A stretch of DNA of 64,000 nt. Origin: Rhodothermales bacterium (GTDB lineage Bacteria; Bacteroidota; Rhodothermia; Rhodothermales; JAHQVL01). Positions 47,187-56,565 of the stretch are shown here, one piece after another. Location: assembly GCA_034439735.1 (NCBI GenBank), contig JAWXAX010000117.1, positions 2,148 to 66,147 of the forward strand. Reading direction: 5' to 3'. Position numbers and translations under genes: made by a program. The notes below the pieces were generated by a model. The model ran no database searches. It was not told the origin of the DNA and worked only from the letters and a program-made list of their open reading frames with translations. The first letter of the stretch is position 1. Each line of letters starts with the position of its first letter.

Positions 47187-48269
47187 CTAGGAATTCTTCC
47201 GAACCGTTAGCGTGACGCCGCCCAACACATCCGTCCCGTGCAGGGCGTTGATGTTGAAGGCCTTCTCGCCACGGAACGCATCAGGCGGATCGATGCGGAC
47301 GGTAACCTGCTGAGCGGCGCCCGGGGCCAGGCTGAACTGCGCCGGCTCGATCGTCACCGACCAGCCGGCCGGTACGGGAAACGCCGCGATGTCGTGCCGG
47401 ACCCGGGCCAGCGTCCAGTTGGCCGCCTCTTCGGTGACGGGTATGAACACGTTCTTGCGGTTTTTTTCAGGGTTTTGCCGTTCGCTTTCTTTTTTCTCCG
47501 GACGCTTGCGGCAGTCCAGACTCGCCGGGATCGTATAGGTGTCCACGGTCATGCGGATGCGCTTGGGAATCGTATCCTCGTTGCGAACCGGGAAGACAAA
47601 AACGGCAGGAGACTGCGCGATGCCCACGTTGGTGTTCTCCTGTCCCATGTTGTTTTTCGGATTCGCGTCGTCAAACCACTCGAGATCCACCTTCAGGCAG
47701 TAATGCCCTGCTGTCGCCGGCGTCCGCCAGACCTGTTTTGCGGCCACGGGATGTCCCGGCGCACCCTTGACTGGCAGATCGACGACCGTCGTGCCGATGG
47801 GGGTCAACACAGCGCCCACCCCAAAACTCTGGAAGGAAAAGTGAACAGGCAATCCGACCGCCGGCCCATCCAGCGAGTTGTTATAAACGGTGGCGACCAC
47901 GTCGTATTCCGTGTCAACCTGGAGATCGCTTGACGATACCGGCGAGCCGTTAAAAAAGAGCTGGATATCGGGATTATCCCAGGTGACGGCCAGCCCCTGC
48001 TCCATCAGGTACTTCTGCGAGTAGATCAGGGGATCGGCGCGTTTATACACATCGGGGCGGATGACGGCGCATCGCGGGGAGCAGCGCGCCGGCCGTCCCC
48101 TCCTCACGTCCCGCAAGTGTTTCCCTCGCCGGCGGACGTCCCGATTCCCTCGGATCATGCCTAAAAATTCCTTGAGCCACAGAAGCACAATTCGGGACAA
48201 CACGCGTAACAGCCGAGCCGGCAAAGCCGTCAGGGCTTTCGGGTAAAAAAGGATCCTCATCGCAATCAC
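47187..48269 (-). CDS. Hypothetical protein with CARDB-like and second Ig-like domain (cassette gene B)
   Basis: CARDB-type pattern NPDIQL...DVVATVYNNSLDGPAVGLPVHFSF...AGHYCLKVDLEWFDDANPKNNMGQEN. C-terminal Ig-like WSVTIEPAQFSLAPGAAQQVTVRIDPP. Arg-rich N-region. The start codon is uncertain (GTG at 48269 or an internal ATG). Confidence 0.55.
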   Translation of the reverse strand: MIAMRILFYPKALTALPARLLRVLSRIVLLWLKEFLGMIRGNRDVRRRGKHLRDVRRGRPARCSPRCAVIRPDVYKRADPLIYSQKYLMEQGLAVTWDNPDIQLFFNGSPVSSSDLQVDTEYDVVATVYNNSLDGPAVGLPVHFSFQSFGVGAVLTPIGTTVVDLPVKGAPGHPVAAKQVWRTPATAGHYCLKVDLEWFDDANPKNNMGQENTNVGIAQSPAVFVFPVRNEDTIPKRIRMTVDTYTIPASLDCRKRPEKKESERQNPEKNRKNVFIPVTEEAANWTLARVRHDIAAFPVPAGWSVTIEPAQFSLAPGAAQQVTVRIDPPDAFRGEKAFNINALHGTDVLGGVTLTVRKNS

Positions 48270-48314
48270 CAGGGTCTGGTTAACGGGTTGGATACAGGCA
48301 ACAACCGGGCACAG

Positions 48315-48357
48315 GGGTTCGTCGTTTTACACCCCTCGACGAGAACACGACGAACCC
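48315..48357 (-). other. Intercistronic stem-loop between cassette genes A and B
   Basis: GGGTTCGTCG (48315-48324) pairs with CGACGAACCC (48348-48357): 10-bp perfect stem, 23-nt loop, no U-run. Confidence 0.5.
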
Positions 48358-48373
48358 GGTCAACAACGCGCGA

Positions 48374-48601
48374 TCAGGCGCGCGCGTCTCGCTCCGGCCA
48401 GGACGCGACGATCAGTTTGTCGACCCGCGACACCACGGCGCTGAAGACATACCAGGTCGCCAGAAAGGCGACACATTCCAGCGTGAAGCTGTGAAACTTG
48501 TACAAGAATTCAGCGACGATCAGAGCGAGCGATAACGAGGGCAATTCTACACGGTACTTCTCTCGCACGGTGGCTTGTTTGAGGAAAGAATACATACGCA
48601 T
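48374..48601 (-). CDS. Hypothetical 75-aa two-TM protein (cassette gene A)
   Basis: TM helices LSLALIVAEFLYKF and CVAFLATWYVFSAVV. GAGGTAA lies immediately upstream of the ATG. Visibly lower GC. Confidence 0.45.
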   Translation of the reverse strand: MRMYSFLKQATVREKYRVELPSLSLALIVAEFLYKFHSFTLECVAFLATWYVFSAVVSRVDKLIVASWPERDARA

Positions 48602-48887
48602 TACCTCGACATGATGAGAATGGGCGGGGATTGGGAGCGTCCGCGCCTCGAAACGCGCCGGCGCGACGATCCCACGAGGAAAGAAATGAGTACAACCTTC
48701 GAATAGACTTATGATACTCCCTGCGCATAACCTATCGCAAGACCGACATCCGGTAGGATAACTGTATCGGACGTCCTATTTTTTAAAGGATTCGCTCGGT
48801 CATAGCGCGGTGCGTCGATAACCGACTGGCTCTTCGAACCGGTCGCCGCCTCAACCTGCCCACTCACTGCCATCGCAGCCACCTGAT

Positions 48888-50063
48888 ATGCCCATCTACC
48901 ATCGACTCGGATCCACGCCGGCCAAGCGGCACACCGTCTTCCAGAAATCCTCGGGCGGACTTTATTACGAAGAGCTGTTCGGGACCATCGGGTTCGACGG
49001 GATGTCCTCGCTCCTGTACCACGTCCACCGCCCCACAATGGTGAAAGCGGTGGTGGGCAGGACCGATCAGATGCCGAAGGTAGCCGTTGACCACAACCTG
49101 CAAGCGCGGCTGTTTAAAGGCTTCCAGGTCTCGCGGCGCGACGACTTCCTCGAGAGCCGGGTGCCGCTGCTCATCAACAGCGACATCCACATCGGCCTCG
49201 CCGCCCCGCGCACGTCGATGAGCGATTACTTCTACAAAAACGCCGACGCGGACGAGCTCCTGTTTATCCACGAGGGCTCGGGTACGCTGCTCACGCCGCT
49301 GGGGCGGATTCCTTTTAGCGCCGGCGACTACCTCGTCATCCCCCGCGGCACAATCTACCAGGTCGACTTCGCCACGGCGGTCAACCGACTGCTCTACGCG
49401 GAATCTTTCCACCCCATCTACACCCCCAAACGCTACCGAAATCACTTCGGCCAGCTCCAGGAGCACGCCCCCTTCTGCGAGCGCGATTACATCCTACCGC
49501 GCGACCTGGAGACCCACGACGAGGTCGGGGACTTCATGATCAAGATCAAAAAACAAGGCGTCGTGCACGATGTCGTTTACGCCGCGCACCCCTTTGATGT
49601 CGTGGGCTGGGACGGGTACAATTATGCGTACGGGTTTTCGATCCACAACTTCGAGCCCATCACCGGCCGCATCCACCAGCCGCCTCCGGTGCACCAGACC
49701 TTCGAGACCCGCGCCTTTGTCGTCTGCTCCTTTTGCCCGCGGCTGTACGACTACCACCCGCAGGCCATCCCCGCACCCTATAACCATTCGAACATCGACT
49801 CCGACGAAGTCATCTATTATGTCGATGGAGACTTCATGAGCCGCAACAACATCGAGCGGGGGCACATTACCCTCCACCCGGGCGGCATCCCGCACGGGCC
49901 GCACCCCGGGGCGTACGAGCGCAGCATTGGCAAGACCGAGACCGAGGAGCTTGCCGTGATGATCGACACGTTCAAGCCGCTCATGGTCACCGAAAGCGCC
50001 CTCGCCCTGGACGATGGCGTCTACTTCCAGTCATGGCTGGACACGCCCAACATCGCCGGCTGA
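48888..50063 (+). CDS. hmgA: Homogentisate 1,2-dioxygenase
   Basis: 391 aa. N-terminal YHRLGSTPAKRHTVF...LYYEELFGTIGFDGMSSLLYH and C-terminal HPGGIPHGPHPG match my recollection of the short bacterial HGD form. Confidence 0.8.
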   Translation: MPIYHRLGSTPAKRHTVFQKSSGGLYYEELFGTIGFDGMSSLLYHVHRPTMVKAVVGRTDQMPKVAVDHNLQARLFKGFQVSRRDDFLESRVPLLINSDIHIGLAAPRTSMSDYFYKNADADELLFIHEGSGTLLTPLGRIPFSAGDYLVIPRGTIYQVDFATAVNRLLYAESFHPIYTPKRYRNHFGQLQEHAPFCERDYILPRDLETHDEVGDFMIKIKKQGVVHDVVYAAHPFDVVGWDGYNYAYGFSIHNFEPITGRIHQPPPVHQTFETRAFVVCSFCPRLYDYHPQAIPAPYNHSNIDSDEVIYYVDGDFMSRNNIERGHITLHPGGIPHGPHPGAYERSIGKTETEELAVMIDTFKPLMVTESALALDDGVYFQSWLDTPNIAG

Positions 50064-50073
50064 CGCCCCGCCC

Positions 50074-51330
50074 ATGCCCGACTCCTGGCTGCCCATCGCC
50101 GCGGACTCCGACTTTTCGGTCCACAATCTCCCGTTCGGGATCTTCTCCGCGCCCGGCCGGCCCCGCCGCACCGGCGTGGCCATCGGGGATTGGATTATCG
50201 ACCTCGCCGCCGGCGAGGCTCGGGGCCTTTTCGCCGGCCTTGGGGTCGATCGGGAGGTTTTTCTCAGCGCCTCGCTCAACCGGTTCATCGCCCTCGGAAA
50301 GGCGACCACCTCGGCCGTACGCACCCGCCTCGCCGCGGCCCTCGTCGATCCCGGCTCGCCCCTGCGCGACAGCCAGGCGCTGGTCCCACACGCCAGGGCC
50401 ACAATACATCTCCCGGTCGCTATTGGCGACTACACGGATTTTTATTCGAGCATCGACCACGCCACCCATGTCGGGACGATGTTTCGCGACCCCGCCAATG
50501 CCTTGCTCCCGAACTGGCGGCATCTGCCGGTGGGTTACCATGGCCGGGCCTCTTCGATTGTCGTTAGCGGCACGCCCATCCGCCGGCCGGCCGGCCAGGT
50601 GCTGCCCAAAGGGGAGGCCACGCCGGTATTTACCGCCACGAGCAGGCTGGATTTCGAATTGGAGATCGCCTTCGTCATCGGCAAGGACAGCACGCTTGGC
50701 GAGCCGATTCCGGTGGGCCAGGCCGAGGACTACATCTTCGGGCTAGTGCTGTTCAACGACTGGTCCGCCCGCGACATCCAGCAATGGGAATACGTCCCGC
50801 TTGGGCCGTTCCTCGCCAAGAACTTCGCGTCGTCGATCTCCCCCTGGATCGTGCCGATCGAAGCGCTGGAGCCGTTTCGCGTGGTTGGGCAACCGCAGGA
50901 GCCGGCGGTCCTGCCCTACCTGGCGACCACCGGAGCGCGACATCTGGACATCGCGCTCGAAGTAGGCCTGGTGCCGGCCAGCGGGGACGAAACCATCGTC
51001 AGCCGCTCGAACGCTCGCCACCTCTACTGGTCGATGACGCAGCAGCTGGCCCATCACACCGTCAACGGATGCAACGTCCGCGTGGGCGACCTCATGGCGT
51101 CGGGCACGATCAGCGGCCCCGACGCCGGCTCGTACGGCTCGCTGCTCGAGTTGTCGTGGGCCGGCAGCCGGCCCGTTCCGCTGCGTGGCGGCGGCACGCG
51201 GACCTTTCTGGAAGATGGGGACACGGTCACCCTGCGCGGCCATGCCACCCGGGGCGATATCCGCGTCGGGTTTGGCGAGGTGCGCGGGCAGGTGCAGCCG
51301 GCCAACCACCCGCTGCTGAAAATGAAATAA
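50074..51330 (+). CDS. fahA: Fumarylacetoacetase
   Basis: SDFSVHNLPFGIFS, IGDYTDFYSS, GYHGRASS, LFNDWSARDIQ. Start at ATG 50074 (MPDSWLPI). Confidence 0.88.
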   Translation: MPDSWLPIAADSDFSVHNLPFGIFSAPGRPRRTGVAIGDWIIDLAAGEARGLFAGLGVDREVFLSASLNRFIALGKATTSAVRTRLAAALVDPGSPLRDSQALVPHARATIHLPVAIGDYTDFYSSIDHATHVGTMFRDPANALLPNWRHLPVGYHGRASSIVVSGTPIRRPAGQVLPKGEATPVFTATSRLDFELEIAFVIGKDSTLGEPIPVGQAEDYIFGLVLFNDWSARDIQQWEYVPLGPFLAKNFASSISPWIVPIEALEPFRVVGQPQEPAVLPYLATTGARHLDIALEVGLVPASGDETIVSRSNARHLYWSMTQQLAHHTVNGCNVRVGDLMASGTISGPDAGSYGSLLELSWAGSRPVPLRGGGTRTFLEDGDTVTLRGHATRGDIRVGFGEVRGQVQPANHPLLKMK

Positions 51331-51429
51331 CAGCCGGCGGGGCGTTGGCAGGGTACGTCGGAGGGGCTGGCGCTGTCTAGGTAAGGAAACGGGGCACGAT
51401 GCCCCCGCCGCCTTACAGCCCTCCCCGTC

Positions 51430-53172
51430 ATGGTCTCCCGCTACGTCTTGCTCCTCCTCGCCGTCGCCGCGTACGCCACGCCGGCCATTGCACGCCAGGA
51501 AGTGTCAGTGGAAGTTCGCCTCGAACCCGCCCAAGCGACAGTCGGCGATGTGGTACGAGTCGCGATGATCGTAGGCGGATTGCCAGCCGGTCAGGTCTTC
51601 AGTTTCCAATTTGAGGTGACGGTAGACCCCGCCGTGGCGACGCTGGAAGAGGTTGTCACCGGAGGTACGCGTAGCGAGGGCGCCATCGTCCTGGTTGGCC
51701 CCGCCGGCACCGGGCGGGTGCGCGTGGCGGCGGCCGGCACCCGCCCGCTCGAGGGGGATGGGATACTCGTCTACCTGAGCTTGCGCGCCCATCGCGCCGG
51801 CGAAAGCCTGATCCAGGTGAGTTCCTTTTTATTTAACGAGGGCGATCCGGCCGCGCGGGCGGTCGATGGGTGGGTGACGGTGTTGGGCCCCACGACGGAA
51901 GCCGACTCCCTTCGAGTGACGCTGCCGGACACGACGGCGCGTGCGGGGCACCACATCCGCCTCCCGGTACGCATCGCCCACCCGGGCCGGGGTCTTCTGG
52001 CCGTAGCCTTTACGCTCGAGTACGACCCCGGCGCCTTCGAATCGGTCGCGATCGACACCGCCGGCGCCCTCGTCGCTGGCTCCCTCGCCCGCTTCGAGCC
52101 CGGCGATCCCGGCGAAGTTCACGGCTTTATCGCCACCGCACGGCCGGTAGCAGTTGCCGGGGATCTGTTTACCGTGGTCGCCCACGCCGGAGCGCATGAA
52201 ATCAACACCCGGCTCAGGTTCTCCCGGTTCATCGTAAACGAGGGGGATCCGCCGATCGGGTTTCGGGGCGGCCGTGTCGCCATTCGCGCTCGTCCGCCTG
52301 GTGATGTCTCGGGCGATGGCCATCTGGACCGGGCCGACGCGGAAATGGTGCTCGACTTCCTGGCCGGCCGCCTCTCCCTGGATGCCATCACCTACGACGC
52401 CGCCGACGTGTCCGGCAACGGCCTCGTCTCCCCGTACGACGCCGCGCTCATCCTGCAGGCGGCCGCCGGCCTGCTTCCGTGTTTCCCGGTAGAAATCGGC
52501 TGCGATGCCGATAAACGTGTGGGCGAACGTGTGGGCGAACGTGTGGGCGAAAATCCTGGTCGATGGGCCTGGAGCCCTCCCTCGCCCGACCACTCCGGTG
52601 ATTGGAGGACCCGTCTGATGCTCGACGCCACTAACGCACCCGTTTACAGCGTCGCGATCGCGATGCTACGACCGGGCTCGACCCCGGCGCAGCTAACCCC
52701 CGAACTCATCCCGCTTCCCGACGGATGGCAGTCCACCCGATTCATCCGGGGCGATTCACTGCACCTCGTGCTCGCCGGCCCGATGCCCTTACCTCCCGGC
52801 GACCTGCTGCTGTTTCCCACACCCCCTCCGGTGGGTGTCGCCGTCGCCCTCAACGACCGACGAGTGATGCCGGAGGCCCCTGCCCCGGTGTCTCCACCAG
52901 AACAACCCGCCGTCGACCTCACGCTAGCCTCGACCTTTCCGAATCCATTTTCGCGACACACCACCTTCATATTCCAACTCCCGACAGCCGGCCCGGCCCA
53001 ATTGACCGTGTACGACCTCCTTGGCCGCGCAGTGGCCCGGCCTCTGGACGGCTGGCTCGAGGCCGGCGAGCACCAGCTCCCCTTCCACCGGGGCGCGCTC
53101 GGAGCCGGCGTTTACCTCTATATCCTCGACGCCGGTGGCCAGCGCGTCAGCCGGCGCCTTATTATTCAATAA
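51430..53172 (+). CDS. Secreted protein with two cohesin-like domains, a dockerin-like pair and a T9SS C-terminal sorting domain
   Basis: Signal peptide ending AIARQ. Cohesin-like FSFQFEVTVDPAVATLEEV and AVAFTLEYDPGAFESVAI blocks. Dockerin repeats GDVSGDGHLDRADAEMVLDFLAG and ADVSGNGLVSPYDAALILQAAAG. CTD FPNPFSRHTTFIFQL...GVYLYILDAGG. Confidence 0.7.
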   Translation: MVSRYVLLLLAVAAYATPAIARQEVSVEVRLEPAQATVGDVVRVAMIVGGLPAGQVFSFQFEVTVDPAVATLEEVVTGGTRSEGAIVLVGPAGTGRVRVAAAGTRPLEGDGILVYLSLRAHRAGESLIQVSSFLFNEGDPAARAVDGWVTVLGPTTEADSLRVTLPDTTARAGHHIRLPVRIAHPGRGLLAVAFTLEYDPGAFESVAIDTAGALVAGSLARFEPGDPGEVHGFIATARPVAVAGDLFTVVAHAGAHEINTRLRFSRFIVNEGDPPIGFRGGRVAIRARPPGDVSGDGHLDRADAEMVLDFLAGRLSLDAITYDAADVSGNGLVSPYDAALILQAAAGLLPCFPVEIGCDADKRVGERVGERVGENPGRWAWSPPSPDHSGDWRTRLMLDATNAPVYSVAIAMLRPGSTPAQLTPELIPLPDGWQSTRFIRGDSLHLVLAGPMPLPPGDLLLFPTPPPVGVAVALNDRRVMPEAPAPVSPPEQPAVDLTLASTFPNPFSRHTTFIFQLPTAGPAQLTVYDLLGRAVARPLDGWLEAGEHQLPFHRGALGAGVYLYILDAGGQRVSRRLIIQ

Positions 53173-53178
53173 CGGCTT

Positions 53179-55161
53179 ATGAACAGATCGTGGTTCACCG
53201 GGTGGCTCATGGCCGGGTGGTTCGTGGGCGGGATGTTCCTCGCACCCTACGTACGGGCGCAGGAATGCCCCACCGGCGTCTGCGCCGCGCCGGAAGGGCG
53301 AACCTACTGGGTGGATGCCCACGCCGGCAATGACAACAACCCGGGCACCGAACACCAACCCTGGGCCACCATTTCCCGAAGCACCCGCCCCGGCGTCCTC
53401 CAGCCGGGCGACGCGGTCGTGATCCGCGCGGGGACCTACCGCGAGGCCATCCTGCCCTCCACGGGTGGAGCCTCGGGCCGGCCGATTCGTTTCATGGCCC
53501 ATCCGGGCGAGCGGGTCGTCATCTCCGGAGCCATTCCGCTACCGGGTGTCTGGCAACTCGCCGGCGCCGACTGGGCGCTGCCGTGGCCGTTCCCACCCCT
53601 GTGGACACGCCGCGTCCACGACGGCGTCCCGCACGACGACGACGCACGCCGGCGCGATCTGATTATCGTCGACGGTCGCGTCCTCCAACCTGTCTACCGA
53701 CGCGCCGACCTCCGAGACAGCACCTTCTTCCTCGAAGGCTCACCCGATACCCCCACCACCCTGTATGTGCGGCTGCCCGCCGGGAGCCACCCATCGACCG
53801 GGATCTGGGAAACCAGCCGGCTTCCCCATCTTTTCCGAACCTCGGCGAACGAAATCGGCTGCCTGGCCGGCGAAGCGCTAAGCTACTTTCACCTCTCCGG
53901 TCTCCTCTTCGAGCATGTCGCCAACGAGGCCCAACAGGGCGCCGTGTGTATCGGCGGCGAGGAATCGGTTCTGGAGCGTGTGACCGTGCGTTGGACTAAC
54001 GGCGCCGGCGTACTCGTTTCGGGTGAGGGGCACCAGCTTACCGGAGTCGAGGCCTACTTCAACGGCATGAGCGGCATCCGCGGAGAACGGTGCGACCGCT
54101 GCGTGGTCGAGCGCAGCATCTCCCGATTCAACAACTGGAAGGGGTACGCCCCATTCTGGGAGTCCGGCGGCGGGAAATGGCTTTTCACGACGCGTTCGGT
54201 GTTTCGAGAAGTCGACTTTTCAGACAACGCCGGCCCGGGGCTGTGGCTGGACATGTACAATACCGAAAACATTGTCGAGAACAGCCGCTTCCACGGTAAC
54301 TACGGAGTCAACCTGTTCATCGAGTACCAGAGCAACGGTAACATCATCCGCAATAACGTGATGACCGGCGCGCGATACGCCCGCCCCTCGTTCTTTGGGT
54401 ATGGGCTGCTCATCCACGCCAGCGACCAGAATCTCATCCTCCACAACACCCTGATGGCGAATGAAGGCGGCGGCATACGCATCCGGGCCGACGACCGGGG
54501 GGATGCCGCCGGCAATCGGTATCTGAACAACCTGTTCGTCGCCAACCTGAAATTCCAGGGCCTCACCGGGCGCGATCTCGCGTTCGAAAATCACCGAAGT
54601 CTGGCCCTGGCCCGTTCAAATCAGGGCGACGGAAATGTATTCTGGGGCCGGCGCTCGGCCACCAGTGAGTACCAGACGTTTTACCTGCGGCTCCTCAATA
54701 CGTCGGGAGACGAAGTGCTCCGAACATCGGATCTCGCTGTCTGGCAAACACAACTGCAAACGGACCACTCTTCCTGGACCCTGCAGCCGGACGCCCACCA
54801 CGGGCTCGACACCACGGACGTCATTGCCGGCTGGCGGATCGGCGCGGCTTCGGTGCTGCGGGGCACGGCCGTTCCACTATCCGGATCGTCGTCGGTCGGG
54901 GAAGATGTGGACCGCGAGCCCCGTACAACGGCCGGGGCAGACCCGGGCGCCGATCAGTTCGTGGCCGCGGTGCTCCTCGCCGGCGACGCCTCCGGCGATG
55001 GCCGGCTTTCGGCCTTCGATGCGGCGCTCATCCTTCGGGCGCTTGAAACCGGACAAGGAGTACCCGATCGTTATCCTCCGGCCTACGATCGCTCGGGCGA
55101 CGGCATCGTCTCACGGCACGACGCACTGCTTGTGCTCGAAGCCATCGCGGCGGCGGAGTGA
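53179..55161 (+). CDS. Right-handed parallel beta-helix (pectate-lyase-fold) protein with C-terminal dockerin-like pair
   Basis: Signal peptide. N-terminal YWVDAHAGNDNNPGTEHQPWATI...GDAVVIRAGTYRE; PbH1-type repeats (NNVMTG, HNTLMAN, NNLFVAN). C-terminus GDASGDGRLSAFDAALILRALE and DRSGDGIVSRHDALLVLEAIA. Confidence 0.7.
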   Translation: MNRSWFTGWLMAGWFVGGMFLAPYVRAQECPTGVCAAPEGRTYWVDAHAGNDNNPGTEHQPWATISRSTRPGVLQPGDAVVIRAGTYREAILPSTGGASGRPIRFMAHPGERVVISGAIPLPGVWQLAGADWALPWPFPPLWTRRVHDGVPHDDDARRRDLIIVDGRVLQPVYRRADLRDSTFFLEGSPDTPTTLYVRLPAGSHPSTGIWETSRLPHLFRTSANEIGCLAGEALSYFHLSGLLFEHVANEAQQGAVCIGGEESVLERVTVRWTNGAGVLVSGEGHQLTGVEAYFNGMSGIRGERCDRCVVERSISRFNNWKGYAPFWESGGGKWLFTTRSVFREVDFSDNAGPGLWLDMYNTENIVENSRFHGNYGVNLFIEYQSNGNIIRNNVMTGARYARPSFFGYGLLIHASDQNLILHNTLMANEGGGIRIRADDRGDAAGNRYLNNLFVANLKFQGLTGRDLAFENHRSLALARSNQGDGNVFWGRRSATSEYQTFYLRLLNTSGDEVLRTSDLAVWQTQLQTDHSSWTLQPDAHHGLDTTDVIAGWRIGAASVLRGTAVPLSGSSSVGEDVDREPRTTAGADPGADQFVAAVLLAGDASGDGRLSAFDAALILRALETGQGVPDRYPPAYDRSGDGIVSRHDALLVLEAIAAAE

Positions 55162-55171
55162 CGCGGAAGGT

Positions 55172-56335
55172 TCATCGCAACCCGCTCACCTGGCGCGCGA
55201 TGACCAGTCGCTGGATCTCGCTGGTGCCTTCGTAGATCTCCGTGATCTTCGCATCCCGGAAATACCGCTCCAGGGGCAGCTCCTTGCTATACCCGATGCC
55301 GCCGTGGACCTGGATGGCCTCGGTGGTGACCCACATGGCCGTCTCGCTCGCGTACAGCTTGGCCATACTCGCCTCAAGGGTATACCGACCGCCGTTTTTC
55401 AGTGCGTTCATCTTCGCGAGCGCCGCCTGGTAGATCAGCAGGCGGCTCGCCTCGATACGCACCTTCATATCCGCCAGCTTCTGCTGGATCATCTCGAACT
55501 GGCCGATCTTTTGACCAAAGGCCTCGCGTTCGCCAGCGTAAGCCACACTGGCTGCAAAAGCGGCCTCCGCGATGCCGAGCGCCTGCGCGGCGATGCCGAT
55601 TCGCCCCGTATCCAGCACGTTCATCGCGATCTTGAATCCCTCCCCTTCCGCCCCGATGCGATTTTCGACCGGACATTCGTACCCGTCGAAATGCAGTTCA
55701 CTCGTTACACTCGCCCGGATCCCCATCTTGTGCTCGGGTTTGCCCCGGTGGAAACCCGGACGATCCGTGTCGATGATGAATGCCGTGATGCCTTTGTAGC
55801 CCTTGTCCGGCTCGGTCATGGTAAACAGCAGCACCGTGTCGGCCACGGGGCCCGAGGTCACCCACGACTTATTGCCGTTGATCACATAGTGCGAGCCCGA
55901 AGCGCTTCGCACGGCGCGGCTCCGCATCCGGCTGGCGTCGCTGCCGCTTGAGGGCTCCGTCAGGCTGTATGCCCCGATTTTTTCGCCGGCGGCGACCGGT
56001 GTCAAATATTTCTGCTTCTGTGCCTCGGTGCCGGCTTGTAGCAGGGTATGGCCGAAGAGGGAGTTGTTGACCGACATGATCGTCCCGTGGCTTGCGTCAG
56101 CCCGGCTCACCTCAGATAATGCGAGGATGTACGCCATCGTGTCCATGCCGGCGCCTCCATAAACCTCCGGAATCTCGATCCCCATAAATCCCAGTCGCCC
56201 CAACTCGCGGATGGTCTCGGCGGGAAACGTCGCCGTCTCGTCGTGATGCGCCGCTATCGGGGCAATCGCCTGCTCGGCGAATTCGCGCGCCGTCTGCTGA
56301 ATCAGCCGGTGATCTTCTGTGATGAAGTCGAACAT
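55172..56335 (-). CDS. Acyl-CoA dehydrogenase (short/medium-chain type)
   Basis: 387 aa; GAYSLTEPSSGSDA, catalytic-region YEGTSEIQRLVIAR, QVHGGIGYSKELPLERYFRDAKI. Confidence 0.9.
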   Translation of the reverse strand: MFDFITEDHRLIQQTAREFAEQAIAPIAAHHDETATFPAETIRELGRLGFMGIEIPEVYGGAGMDTMAYILALSEVSRADASHGTIMSVNNSLFGHTLLQAGTEAQKQKYLTPVAAGEKIGAYSLTEPSSGSDASRMRSRAVRSASGSHYVINGNKSWVTSGPVADTVLLFTMTEPDKGYKGITAFIIDTDRPGFHRGKPEHKMGIRASVTSELHFDGYECPVENRIGAEGEGFKIAMNVLDTGRIGIAAQALGIAEAAFAASVAYAGEREAFGQKIGQFEMIQQKLADMKVRIEASRLLIYQAALAKMNALKNGGRYTLEASMAKLYASETAMWVTTEAIQVHGGIGYSKELPLERYFRDAKITEIYEGTSEIQRLVIARQVSGLR

Positions 56336-56480
56336 ATGGGAATCCTCAGATGGACATTCAGGGTGATTAACACCGTTAACAAGTATATCGATGAAAACGT
56401 TCTAAGGCTATGATCGAACATGTGAAGTTCAGGACAACGACGAGAGGTTCGAGAGTGTCGGCTGCAGCCGCCGGAAACGT

Positions 56481-56509
56481 TTGACTTGCCCCCCGGTGCG
56501 CGCTATAAT
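56481..56509 (+). promoter_or_regulatory. Consensus sigma70-type promoter upstream of the ABC transporter locus
   Basis: TTGACT-N17-TATAAT (56481-56486 and 56504-56509), 57 nt upstream of the ATG at 56566. Confidence 0.55.
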
Positions 56510-56565
56510 CCGGATGTGTTTTTTGATGGCCTGTCCGCTCGCCTCCCCGCCTGATACCAGATCTC

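Noticed and set aside
52507-52514. GCCGATAA (perfect sigma28 -10 box) inside the cohesin-like gene
   Set aside because: It lies within coding sequence, the -35 region (TAGA, 13-nt spacing) is poor, and no downstream gene start would use it.
54635-55951. 438-aa plus-strand ORF spanning the end of the beta-helix gene and the acyl-CoA dehydrogenase region
   Set aside because: It is out of frame with the dockerin-bearing C-terminus and antisense to a very well-supported acyl-CoA dehydrogenase gene. No recognisable domain.
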